From: Gammaproteobacteria bacterium
Lineage (GTDB): Bacteria > Pseudomonadota > Gammaproteobacteria > G965277405
DNA length: 64,000 nt
Assembly: GCA_965277405.1 (NCBI GenBank)
Contig: OZ255726.1
Location: 384,001-448,000 of the forward strand
Reading direction: 5' to 3'
A model generated the notes under the pieces. That model ran no database searches. It had not been told where the DNA came from and was given only the letters and a program-made list of their open reading frames with translations. A program made the translations under genes and the position numbers. Shown piece after piece: positions 9,687 to 19,630 of this stretch. The first letter of the stretch is position 1, and each line of letters begins with the position of its first letter.

Positions 9687-10292
9687 ATGGCAAAAACCCA
9701 AAAATACTATGTGGTATGGCAAGGTCGCGAAACTGGCATAATGCCAACGTGGGCGAGATGCCAGGCGGCGGTGCATGGCTATGCAGGGGCACGCTACCAA
9801 GCGTTTCGCACTAGGGAGCAAGCAGAGGCGGCATTTTGTGGTGAAGGTAATCACCTAGGCACCGATACAGCCTGCGTCCCCGCCGCAATTCCCCCAGCGC
9901 TATGTGTCGACGCCGCGGCAAACATGGTGACGTTTGTGATGGAATATCGTGGGGTGTTATACCCGCAACATACCGAGGTGTTTCGCGTCGGTCCAATCAA
10001 AGGCGCGACAAATAACATTGGCGAGTTTCTGGCGATTATCGATGGATTGCAATTTTTGCAGCAACGAGCCAGTTGTCTACCGTTGTATACCGACAGCACG
10101 ACCGCAATGGCGTGGGTGCGCAACAAACAAGCTAATTCTGCTTTTGCCAAAGCAGGGAAGGCGAGCGCTGATGCCAACGCACGGATTGCGGCTGCAACTG
10201 AATACCTTAAAGCAACAACAATCACTACAGATATACGTAAATGGCCGACCGCTGTACTCGGGGATATTCCAGCGGACTTTGGTAGAAAATAG
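9687..10292 (+). CDS. rnhA: Ribonuclease HI with N-terminal hybrid-binding (viroplasmin/Cauli_VI) domain
   Basis: KYYVVWQGRETG..W..CQAAVHGYAGARYQAF; VDAA, EYRGV, TNNIGEFLAI, YTDS, IPADFGRK. Confidence 0.88.
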   Translation: MAKTQKYYVVWQGRETGIMPTWARCQAAVHGYAGARYQAFRTREQAEAAFCGEGNHLGTDTACVPAAIPPALCVDAAANMVTFVMEYRGVLYPQHTEVFRVGPIKGATNNIGEFLAIIDGLQFLQQRASCLPLYTDSTTAMAWVRNKQANSAFAKAGKASADANARIAAATEYLKATTITTDIRKWPTAVLGDIPADFGRK

Positions 10293-10355
10293 CCAAGTGA
10301 TTACTTGCGCTTATTTGCGCTTTATTCAAATCCGAGTCGCTGGGGTTTAATAAAT

Positions 10356-10410
10356 TTGTTGATTATTTATTGATTATTTGTTGATTATTTGTTGATTATT
10401 TGTTGATTAT
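10356..10410. repeat. Tandem repeat (TTGTTGATTAT) x5
   Basis: Five 11-bp units, one with a G>A change. Confidence 0.95.
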
Positions 10411-10572
10411 AGTGGCTCAATCCGTGTTCCGCGCTATTGCGTGTGTGCTTTCCTCACGATGGTAGGGGTATATTGCCAATCGTCTGGATTAAACACCCAG
10501 CCTTCATTATGCAATGATACATATCGTGTTGTTAGTGTTGTCCTGGCGCGGACATATTGGTCTGGGGAGTAG

Positions 10573-13113
10573 CTATTTTTCGTTCGAGACCCATTTGCTT
10601 TTTTTATAGAAGCAGCGCCATTTTGTTTGTTTGCCATCTTTTTGGCTGCTGAGGTATTGTTCGCCAATTTTGCGGCTGAAGCGAATCTCAGTCGGGTTGC
10701 CAGCTGGGTCAAATTTTGGCGCGGTGAAGAAGTATTGGTATTTTTCTTCAATTTTTACTTTATGGGGGATTAACTCCATCACTTGCACTGGGCGGGTCTC
10801 GCGATTTTTGGGAAATTTGCTTGCTGCAAGAAATAATCCTGCAGCACCATCACGCAGTAAATAAAAATCATCAACTTTTTTACACCGCAGTCCTTCCATA
10901 GGAATTGGTGTCATTTTCGGCGGCGCTGGCTGTCCATTGGCCAGCACTTTGCGTGTATTGCTACATGTTTCACTGGTGCAAGAAAAATACTTACCAAAAC
11001 GCCCGCTTTTCAGCTCCATTTCATTGGCGCATTTATCGCATTCAATAATGGATGCATCGCTACCTTTCACCACGAAATTGCCTGTCTCTTGCGTGACTCC
11101 ACTACAGTCTGGGTTGTTGGTGCAAATATGCAGCTGGGTTTTTGAGTCCACCAAAAAAGGAGCCATTGCTGTATTGCAAACTGGGCAGCGTTTGCGGTTA
11201 CGCTGTTCTTCGGCTTGCTGGGCTTCGTCAGCTATATCGACCATGTCACTGGCATCTGCAAGATTCATGGTGTTACTGCATTTATCGTCACCTTTTTCGC
11301 TATATCCAGAGCAGCTTAAAAACATCCCAGTAGCAGCAATGCGGATATTCATTACCCGTCCGCATTTTGCGCAGTTAATGGGAGTTGGCGTTGGTGCTTT
11401 TTCGCGCATCGCTGTTGTGCTTATACCGTCGGCATGTTCGAGTTGTTTGCCGAAATCAAGATAAAATTCGTCAAGGACCTTTATCCAGTCGATTGCACCT
11501 GTAGCAATAGCATCAAGTTTTTCTTCCATCGATGCGGTGAAGTTATAATTCATCAATTCGCTAAAGCTTTCACTGAGGCGGTCGACGACAACTTCACCAA
11601 TTTTTTCTGCACAAAAACTTTTGTTTTCTAGGCGAGCATAGCCCCTGTCTTGGATAGTTGAGATGATGGACGCATACGTAGAGGGTCGACCAATACCGCG
11701 CTTTTCTAACTCGCGCACCAAACCCGACTCACTAAAGCGTTGTGGTGGTTTGGTAAAGTGCTGTGATGGGTTGACTGTTTGCAGTTGCAATGTCGAGCCT
11801 TCTGTGAGCAATGGCAATGATTGTTGCTCGTCTTTCACTGGCCAGACTTTGGTAAAACCGTCAAACTCAAGCACACGTCCACGTGCTGTTAGACCAAATT
11901 TTGCTGCTGATACGTCTAACTTTGTGACTAAATGGCGTGCTGGTGTCATTTGTGATGAAACAAAGCGGCAGCGGATTAACTCATATAACTTTGCGGCTTG
12001 TTGGGTGACAGCATCCGGCGCTGTATTCGTTGCGTCAGTTGGGCGGATGGCTTCGTGTGCTTCTTGAGCATTGCCTTTAGATTTGTAATAGTTTGCTGAT
12101 TCAGGAAGATACGCCTTGCCATATTTGTCGTCGATAAAACCACGAACATCTGCAAGTGCTTGTTGGCTGACTGAGGTTGAGTCTGTACGCATATAGGTGA
12201 TGTGTCCAGCCTCGTACAGCCGTTGCGCCAGCATCATGGTTTGCTTAACCCCATACCCTAGCCGTGTGCTCGCGGCTTGCTGCAACGTGGAAGTAATGAA
12301 TGGTGGTGATGGTCGTGATTGTTTCGCGGTGCTCACGGCAGACTGCACAACATATTGCGCTTGTCGCAATGTCGCTACCACGGCAGCGCTTGCAGTTTGG
12401 TTGTTACACTTAAATTTTTTGCCGTCGGCGCTCGTCACATCAAATATGATTGGTGTGGTTTCTGCTTGCAAGGTTGCCTTAATCAACCAATATTCTTCAG
12501 CAACAAACGCTTGAATCTCGCGCTCGCGATCAACAATTAAACGCAATGCAACAGATTGGACTCGACCTGCAGACAGACCTCTGGCAACTTTCTTCCACAG
12601 CAATGGTGAGAGCTCAAAACCAACTATGCGGTCGAGAAATCGGCGGGTTTGTTGCGCGTCGACGCGTTTTTGGTCAACAATACCAAGGTTTTCAAACGCT
12701 TTGGTAATGGCAGGTTTAGTTATTTCATGGAAGGCAACACGAAAAAATGGCGCTTTGGTTGCACCTTCGATCACTTGTTGCAGATGCCATGCGATTGCCT
12801 CACCTTCTCTGTCTGGGTCAGTTGCAAGAATGATTTTTTCAGACTTTTTTGCTAGGATTTTGAGATCATTGACGACTTTTTCTTTACCTGGAATTATTGC
12901 ATAGTGGGCCTTCCAATTGTTATTCGGCTCAATCCCCATGCGGGTAAACTTTGTAGCTTTCTGCCCTTTTTTCAGCTTTTGTTGCCCAGCTTTGGGTAAA
13001 TCTCTAACGTGACCAATGCTAGAGCGCACCACAAAATTACGCCCAAGATATTTATTGATCGTTTTGGCTTTAGCTGGGGACTCAACTATGACTAGGGTGG
13101 ATGCTTGACTCAC
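10573..13113 (-). CDS. topA: DNA topoisomerase I
   Basis: IVESPAKAKTI, TDPDREGEAIAWH, SAGRVQS, ITYMRTDS, C-terminal Zn ribbons. Confidence 0.98.
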   Translation of the reverse strand: MSQASTLVIVESPAKAKTINKYLGRNFVVRSSIGHVRDLPKAGQQKLKKGQKATKFTRMGIEPNNNWKAHYAIIPGKEKVVNDLKILAKKSEKIILATDPDREGEAIAWHLQQVIEGATKAPFFRVAFHEITKPAITKAFENLGIVDQKRVDAQQTRRFLDRIVGFELSPLLWKKVARGLSAGRVQSVALRLIVDREREIQAFVAEEYWLIKATLQAETTPIIFDVTSADGKKFKCNNQTASAAVVATLRQAQYVVQSAVSTAKQSRPSPPFITSTLQQAASTRLGYGVKQTMMLAQRLYEAGHITYMRTDSTSVSQQALADVRGFIDDKYGKAYLPESANYYKSKGNAQEAHEAIRPTDATNTAPDAVTQQAAKLYELIRCRFVSSQMTPARHLVTKLDVSAAKFGLTARGRVLEFDGFTKVWPVKDEQQSLPLLTEGSTLQLQTVNPSQHFTKPPQRFSESGLVRELEKRGIGRPSTYASIISTIQDRGYARLENKSFCAEKIGEVVVDRLSESFSELMNYNFTASMEEKLDAIATGAIDWIKVLDEFYLDFGKQLEHADGISTTAMREKAPTPTPINCAKCGRVMNIRIAATGMFLSCSGYSEKGDDKCSNTMNLADASDMVDIADEAQQAEEQRNRKRCPVCNTAMAPFLVDSKTQLHICTNNPDCSGVTQETGNFVVKGSDASIIECDKCANEMELKSGRFGKYFSCTSETCSNTRKVLANGQPAPPKMTPIPMEGLRCKKVDDFYLLRDGAAGLFLAASKFPKNRETRPVQVMELIPHKVKIEEKYQYFFTAPKFDPAGNPTEIRFSRKIGEQYLSSQKDGKQTKWRCFYKKSKWVSNEK

Positions 13114-13346
13114 GCGAATACCGAGTTAAATAAAAAATAATTGTGCAGAATTTCCTTAGATTTTGTACATTATTGATTGGTGGCTGTCAACGAGGAGATG
13201 CATTTATTCAATTATCGATTGAACAAATAAGTGGCAACAGTACCATGCAAGCAGTTGATTTTTGTAGCCTATTAGCTTGCGGTGAATAGGTGTTTTGTCA
13301 ACGATGGCATAGCTCTTAATAGCGTATTTATTTCTTCTGAGGATAT

Positions 13347-14819
13347 ATGGACATTGTATTGATAGCACTTGTTGCTGGCTGCATAACCTTAGTAATATTG
13401 TTGGCAGTAGTATATACAACAGCAACAAACGCGGCTGCACAACATCACCGTCAAGCAGGCGAAACCCAGCAACAATTACAAGATTCCACGGATAAATTGC
13501 AGCTATTTCAAGCTGCTGAAACAACATTGCGCATACAGCTTTCACAATTGCAGCGCGACGTCGAACACGCATTGCGCCAACGCGACGAATACCGTGCCAA
13601 TATCGCAGCGCTACAAGAGAAATACGACAAAGTTTCGCAACACAATGCCGAATTGCAAAGTGATATCCAAAGCAATAATGTTTATCTGACGGCTGAACGC
13701 GACAAATTAACGGCTTTGCAGCAGCAATTTGAACAGCAAAAGCAACAGCTCAAAACAGAATTTAAGGTTATTTCTGAACAAATTTTATCTGAACGCCAAC
13801 GCGCCTTGCATGCGGATAACCAGCAAGGTGTTGGAGCGTTGCTCAAACCATTACAACAGCAAATCACTGGTTTTCAAGAACGGATAAATTCGATCCACAG
13901 CACCACTGTGCGTGAGAATAGCGAGCTGAAAAGTGAAATTAAAAAAGTAATGGATGTCGGCTTAAAAATGAGCGGAGATGCAACTAATTTAACCAAAGTA
14001 CTCAAAGGTGATTCGCAACAACGCGGTGCATGGGGTGAGGCACAACTCGAGCGCACCTTAGAGATGAGTGGTTTGGAAGTGGACGCACATTTTTCTAAAC
14101 ACACTGTGTTTCGCGACGCCGACAATCAGCGCAAAGTCACTGATTATTTAATCAAACTGCCAGGGAATAAACATATAATCATCGATAGCAAAGTATCGTT
14201 GCTTGCGTATGACAGAGCAATTGCAGCAACAACTGATGAGGCACGGTTTGCCGCAATGAATACACACGTCGCTGCAATAAAAAAGCACATTAACGATTTA
14301 GCCTCAAAGGAATATACAGACATTGCTGGCATCAACAGTCCCGACTACGTGTTGATGTTTTTACCGATTGAACCTGCGTACATCGAAGCGCTCAAGCATG
14401 ATAAACACTTGTTTAACTATGGCTATGAAAAAAACATTGTGTTGGTGTCGCACACCACATTGATCCCGATTCTGCGGACCATTGCCAACTTATGGGTGAT
14501 GGAAAAAAGCAGCGCAAAAGCTCATGAAATTAGCGACAGAGCTGGAGATATTTATAATGCAGTGGCTCGTGTTGTCGACCGCCTTGCCCTTCTCGGGAAT
14601 ACCTTGAATACAGTGAATAAGCACTACAGCGACACGGTAACATCACTCGCAGGACAGCAAGGGTTGATTGGTAAAGTAAAAAGTTTTCCGCAGTTTTCCA
14701 AACGAGCAACAAAAGAAATCAAAAAAATGCCAGCAATAGCCGCGGGTGATATTGTGGATAAGGTGCACCGACTCGAAGCTATTGCATTACCAGATGCCAG
14801 CGAGCCGCAACAGCAATAG
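13347..14819 (+). CDS. rmuC: DNA recombination protein RmuC
   Basis: N-terminal TM, coiled coil, GAWGE, IIDSKVSL, DYVLMFLPIEPA. Confidence 0.93.
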   Translation: MDIVLIALVAGCITLVILLAVVYTTATNAAAQHHRQAGETQQQLQDSTDKLQLFQAAETTLRIQLSQLQRDVEHALRQRDEYRANIAALQEKYDKVSQHNAELQSDIQSNNVYLTAERDKLTALQQQFEQQKQQLKTEFKVISEQILSERQRALHADNQQGVGALLKPLQQQITGFQERINSIHSTTVRENSELKSEIKKVMDVGLKMSGDATNLTKVLKGDSQQRGAWGEAQLERTLEMSGLEVDAHFSKHTVFRDADNQRKVTDYLIKLPGNKHIIIDSKVSLLAYDRAIAATTDEARFAAMNTHVAAIKKHINDLASKEYTDIAGINSPDYVLMFLPIEPAYIEALKHDKHLFNYGYEKNIVLVSHTTLIPILRTIANLWVMEKSSAKAHEISDRAGDIYNAVARVVDRLALLGNTLNTVNKHYSDTVTSLAGQQGLIGKVKSFPQFSKRATKEIKKMPAIAAGDIVDKVHRLEAIALPDASEPQQQ

Positions 14820-14850
14820 TCGCGCCGCTGGGGGTGATTTTTGTAATTAG

Positions 14851-15136
14851 GGAAGCTCTGATTAAGTCCATGACGGGCGAGACGGAGAAAAAACGCTGAT
14901 GATACTTAAGCGCAGTGCGCAGATAATACTGGTGGTATTATCAAGTGCTGCAACGACGTTAGCGCAGCGTTTTTTTCCGTCCTTCTGTTGAATATATGAT
15001 GGTTTGCTGCAATTACTGCGCTTGCTGTGTTGCATCCCTTGGCGTATATGCTACGGCATGCGCCTGCGGAATGCGCCTTGCAATCATCAGCAATTGCAGG
15101 CAAACTCGCTCCATCAGCGACTTAATCAGAGCTTCC
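14851..15136 (+). mobile_element. Complete MITE
   Basis: Both TIRs, TTAG duplicated at 14847-14850 and 15137-15140. Confidence 0.95.
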
Positions 15137-15255
15137 TTAGGTATTGCCGCAATTTTTTAAGACGATAGCCATACACAATAACGGCTGTATTGATATATGA
15201 TTCCATGAAAATTTAGCGAAACTCTGATCAACACTGTAATCACCTTGGACATACT

Positions 15256-15933
15256 ATGAATGCTGCATTGCCACGCCGCGCCACTGGCGTATTGTTTGAC
15301 ATGGATGGTATATTGCTCGATACAGAGGTAATCTATACCAAGGTCACGCAGGCGATTGTTAGTGATTTTGGCAAGACATTCGATTGGTCAATCAAAGCTG
15401 GGATGATCGGCAGACCACAGCGTGAATCAGCACAATATTTGATTGATACACTCAATTTGCCGATAACCGTAGCCGCATATTTATCAAAACGAAATAGTAA
15501 TATCATTGCATTATTTAAAGATACCGCTGCGCTGCCAGGGGCACAGCGCTTGGTTGAACACCTGCATCAAGCTGGTATCCCAATGGCAGTAGCGACGAGT
15601 TCTACTGAATACACATACTCCATCAAAACACAGCAGCATGCATGGTTTTCGCTGTTTGACGCAATAATCACAGGAGATAATCCCGCAATTGGCAAAGGCA
15701 AACCTGCACCAGATATATTTCTACTCGCGGCAAAAAATATTAACGTGGCCCCTGCTGATTGCTTGGTATTTGAAGATGCACCCTCTGGCCTGCAAGCTGG
15801 TATAAGTGCAGGGTGTCAAGTGGTTAGCATTCCAGATACCCATATGGATACAACTTTGTATACAAACTCAACAGAAATCCTGACCAGTATGACTGAGTTT
15901 TCACCACAGAAGTATGGATTGCCAGCGTATTGA
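15256..15933 (+). CDS. HAD-IA family phosphatase (pseudouridine-5'-phosphatase-like)
   Basis: FDMDGILLDTE, VATSS, GKPAPDIF, FEDAPSG. Confidence 0.88.
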   Translation: MNAALPRRATGVLFDMDGILLDTEVIYTKVTQAIVSDFGKTFDWSIKAGMIGRPQRESAQYLIDTLNLPITVAAYLSKRNSNIIALFKDTAALPGAQRLVEHLHQAGIPMAVATSSTEYTYSIKTQQHAWFSLFDAIITGDNPAIGKGKPAPDIFLLAAKNINVAPADCLVFEDAPSGLQAGISAGCQVVSIPDTHMDTTLYTNSTEILTSMTEFSPQKYGLPAY

Positions 15934-15941
15934 TGTGCATT

Positions 15942-16089
15942 ACAGCAAGACGGGAAATAACGCTGCGCTAACTTCGTTGCAGCACTTGGCAATACCCACA
16001 AGTCCCACCAGTATTAGCTGCGCACTGCGCTTAAGTTTCAGCAGCGTTTTTTCTCCGTCTCGCCCATCATGGATTTAATCAGAGCTTCC
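15942..16089 (-). mobile_element. Half MITE (arm 2 plus IRL-type end)
   Basis: GACGGGAAATAACGCTG..CCGTCTCGCCCATCATGGATTTAATCAGAGCTTCC. Confidence 0.88.
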
Positions 16090-16112
16090 TTAATCTCAAT
16101 AGTTTACATATA

Positions 16113-17053
16113 TTAGCGAATAAAATATTCGTAGCCAAAACTAAAAGAGACTTCAGTAATATTACCTGAATACAAGTTGTTTACTTCAACGCTGGTATTG
16201 TATGCAAACTGCAATATTACATTGCCTTGATAGATTTGGTATGTGGGAGAAATTGCCAAGCCAAACCCAGTCCCACCACTACTATTAACATTAATGTTAT
16301 TCCCTAACGTCCTAAATATACGTAATCGCACAGAAAGACTAACGGCTTTAGCTTGTAAAAAAATTAGGGTAGTGTGCAGCCCTACAAACGGTTGTTGGTC
16401 ATCAAAAAACTAAATTTTTTTGTGATTCAGAAGTATTGTTGATGATGACAACTGTAGAACCAAAACCGACTGAAACACCGACCTTAACTGAGCTATACCA
16501 GTTAAAATCTAAATGACCATATATGCGTGAGAAACGTATTTTACTATTTACCAGCACCGAATGAGTGTGTTGCGAATTAGTATACGTAATATTGCCAAAC
16601 TCATAGCCAATGGTTGTCAGCAGAGTATTGCTTAGTGGCTGGCGGAATTAAAGTTGCAATAATGGTGGAAACTCAGATGTAACTGTTGCCATATTATCTG
16701 TACTGGTTGTATCTTTTGCTTGTAAATCAAGTTGCGTTGGTTGTATCAGTATAGAAAATGAGTTAATAAAGCTGCTGTCATCAATGATGGTAGGTGTCGG
16801 AATTCCTTGTTTGTCAGTAAAAATTCTTTTGTCGAGTTCTGCAATATCAATCTCAGCAATGTAGTTAAACAACAATCGCGCGCTGGAAGGTCCTAACAAT
16901 GATCTGGTCTGAATCGCAGCGCTACCATCTGCAGCTTGTGTAACTATTCCTGAAGTTGTTCTTCCTGCAATCACTGACGTGTCTTTACCTATTGCATTTA
17001 GTGAAACAGCTGTATTTTGTTGACTAATAAACGGCTGTAGACTGCCAGTGTTC
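16113..17053 (-). pseudogene. Fragmented probable outer-membrane/exported protein gene whose 5' end is cut by a MITE
   Basis: Several short frames broken by stops; C-terminal beta-strand pattern EVSFSFGYEYFIR; bracketed by MITE copies. Confidence 0.5.
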
Positions 17054-17057
17054 TTAG

Positions 17058-17348
17058 GGAAGCTCTGATTAAGACGCTGATGGAGCGAGTTTGATGGCAA
17101 TTGCTGATGATTGCAAGGCGCATTCCGCAGGCGCATGCCGTAGCATATACGCCCAGGGATGCAACACAGCAAGTACCGCTGCAGCAAACCGTTATATATT
17201 CAAAAGAAGGCTGGGAAAAAACGCTGCGCGCCGTCGTTGCAGCACTTGGCAACACCCACAAGATCACCAGTATTATCTGCGCACCGCGTCTAGTTATCAT
17301 CAGCGGTTTTTCACCGTCTCGCCCATCATGGACTTAATCAGAGCTTCC
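17058..17348 (-). mobile_element. Complete MITE (imperfect target duplication)
   Basis: Both TIRs; left end GGAAGCTCTGATTAAGACGCT matches the IS right end exactly. Confidence 0.93.
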
Positions 17349-17387
17349 CTTAATAAAGTTTGCCTGCAATAATTCTCATTGATACAG

Positions 17388-17415
17388 AAAGGGGCGCTGC
17401 AGATGAGCACCCCTT
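17388..17415 (-). terminator. Intrinsic terminator of the BCCT gene
   Basis: Minus strand GGGGTGCT-CATCTGC-AGCGCCCC-TTTCT, about 35 nt after the stop. Confidence 0.65.
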
Positions 17416-17450
17416 GCCGATAAACTTGATAATTGATTCTCGAAAATATA

Positions 17451-19058
17451 TTATCCGTTTTGCTTACTTTCTTGATAGAGGCCAATAAAGACTGCCACCA
17501 TCATCCCCAGCAAGACGAATGTGAATGGTACTCCCGTCGCGACTGACGCTGCCTGCAAGGTTGCAAGTCCGCCTCCAAGAAGCAGCGCAATGGCAATCAG
17601 TCCTTCAAGTATGGCCCAAAAGACACGCTGAATAACGGGAGCATCGATTTTGCCACCTGCAGTGATGCCGTCAATAACCAGTGAACCAGAGTCGGATGAT
17701 GTGACAAAGAACACGATGACCAGAACGATGCCAATGAAGGACAGAATCTGCGTCATGGGATAAGCCTTTAGCATTTCGAACATTTTGACTTCCAGACCAG
17801 CATTGGTAATAGCCTCGTTGCCAGCATTGATGACCTGATCAATGGCGGCACCACCGAATGTTGACATCCACAGCACACTGACAATTGTAGGAATGATCAG
17901 GACGTAAACGACGAACTCTCGAACTGTCCGACCGCGTGAAACGCGCGCAATGAACATACCAACAAAAGGCGCCCAGGAAATCCACCAAGCCCAGTAAAAT
18001 ACAGTCCATCCCTGCATGAAGTTCTGATCCTCGCGACCAAACGGATTGGAGAGCGGCACAATTTCACGCATATAAGCGACGAGGTTCTCGGCAAATTCGG
18101 ACATTATGAAGACAGTGGGACCAAGCACGAAAATTGCAAACAGCAGCACAAAAGCCAGAATCATGTTGATTTGCGACAGTCGCTTAATACCAGCTTCCAG
18201 ACCAGCGACCACGGAAATAAGCGCAATCGCGGTGATCCCCAGGATCAACAAGACCTTCGCCGTCCCTGTAACTTCAATCCCAAACAAGAAGTTTAGACCA
18301 CCAAGAGCCTGTTCCGCCCCAAGACCAAGGGAGGTTGCCAACCCAAACAAAGTTGCAAAGACACCCAGTGTATCAATAATATGCCCTGGCCATCCCCAGA
18401 CACGTTCACCCAACAGAGGATAAAACGCAGACCTCAATGTCAATGGCAGACCACGGTTATAGCTGAAAAAGGCTAGAGCCAGTGCCACAACAGCATACAT
18501 TGCCCAAGGATGAAGACCCCAATGGAAGATACTCGCCGCCATGGCTAACTTGCGAGCTTCATCTTCATTGCCCACAGCGCCACCCAGCGGAGCCCAGTCC
18601 GTGCGCACCCCATTTTCAAAAGATATGCCGCCGAAAGAACTATTATAATGTGACAGAGGCTCGGACACTCCATAAAACATCAGTCCAATCCCCATACCAG
18701 CCGCAAACAGCATGGCAAACCAGGCAGCATAGGAGTAATCTGGGGCGGCATCCTTGCCTCCCAAGCGGACAGATCCCAACGGCGTTATCACCAACAGTAG
18801 TGAGAACAGGACGAACAGATTCGCCGCTGACAACAATACCCAGTCAAAAGAGTTCGTCATGGCGGGACGAAGCGAGCCAAAGAAAGCGCCTGTACTTTCT
18901 TTGAATACAAGCGTAACAATAACAAATGCTACGATAACGACTGCGGAGATGACAAAAATCGGATTGTGAATATCCAAGCCCATGAACTGGACGTTATCTT
19001 GTCCAACCTCATAGCCACCATCTGATTTATGAACCGCCGATCCTTTTTTTGCACTCAT
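17451..19058 (-). CDS. BCCT family (betaine/choline/carnitine) transporter
   Basis: WFAMLFAAGMGIGLMF, FHWGLHPWA, WAWWISWAPFVGMFIARVSRGRT, TSSDSGS. Confidence 0.95.
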   Translation of the reverse strand: MSAKKGSAVHKSDGGYEVGQDNVQFMGLDIHNPIFVISAVVIVAFVIVTLVFKESTGAFFGSLRPAMTNSFDWVLLSAANLFVLFSLLLVITPLGSVRLGGKDAAPDYSYAAWFAMLFAAGMGIGLMFYGVSEPLSHYNSSFGGISFENGVRTDWAPLGGAVGNEDEARKLAMAASIFHWGLHPWAMYAVVALALAFFSYNRGLPLTLRSAFYPLLGERVWGWPGHIIDTLGVFATLFGLATSLGLGAEQALGGLNFLFGIEVTGTAKVLLILGITAIALISVVAGLEAGIKRLSQINMILAFVLLFAIFVLGPTVFIMSEFAENLVAYMREIVPLSNPFGREDQNFMQGWTVFYWAWWISWAPFVGMFIARVSRGRTVREFVVYVLIIPTIVSVLWMSTFGGAAIDQVINAGNEAITNAGLEVKMFEMLKAYPMTQILSFIGIVLVIVFFVTSSDSGSLVIDGITAGGKIDAPVIQRVFWAILEGLIAIALLLGGGLATLQAASVATGVPFTFVLLGMMVAVFIGLYQESKQNG

Positions 19059-19152
19059 CGTTTCCTCCAGAATGATTGATTGTCTAATTTGTTAAGCCGC
19101 TGACACGTTCTCACAGCAAAAGCTTCACCGTAGTCTGCTTGCGATACAGTTA

Positions 19153-19197
19153 ACTTTCGTTGCTCCACTTTCGTTGCTCCACTTTTCGTTGCTCCAC
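19153..19197. repeat. Tandem repeat of TTTCGTTGCTCCAC x3 upstream of the BCCT gene
   Basis: Three 14/15-bp units. Confidence 0.9.
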
Positions 19198-19341
19198 AAA
19201 TGCTTTTGTATTGACATAATTTTGGCATTATACACATCAGTTGCAAAAATCAACATAATTTGCGCCAAACAATACGACACAACAGTTCATTTGCGCCATA
19301 TTGCAGCCTGCCACTATTAAATATATTGTAGGGTCAGATAG

Positions 19342-19630
19342 GGAAGCTCTGATTAAGTCGCTGATAGAGCGAGTTTGCCTGCAATTGCTGATGATTGCAA
19401 GGCACTAAGCGCATGCCGTAGCATATACGCCAAGGGACGCAACACAGCGAGTACCGCTGCCGCAAACCCAAAGTATATTCAACAGATGAACGGGAAAAAA
19501 CGCTGCGCGCCGTCGTGGCAGCATTTGCCAACACCCACAAGAAGACCACCAGTATTATCTGCGCACTGAGTCTAGTTTTCAGCAGTGTTTGTTCTCCGTC
19601 TCGCCCATCATGGCCTTAATCAGAGTTTAC
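19342..19630 (-). mobile_element. Near-complete MITE overlapping the alr 3' end
   Basis: GGAAGCTCTGATTAAGTCGCTG...CATCATGGCCTTAATCAGAGTTTAC. Confidence 0.92.

Noticed and set aside
10434-10751. 105-aa ORF overlapping the topA 3' end
   Set aside because: More than half is an alternative frame of topA, with no recognisable motif.
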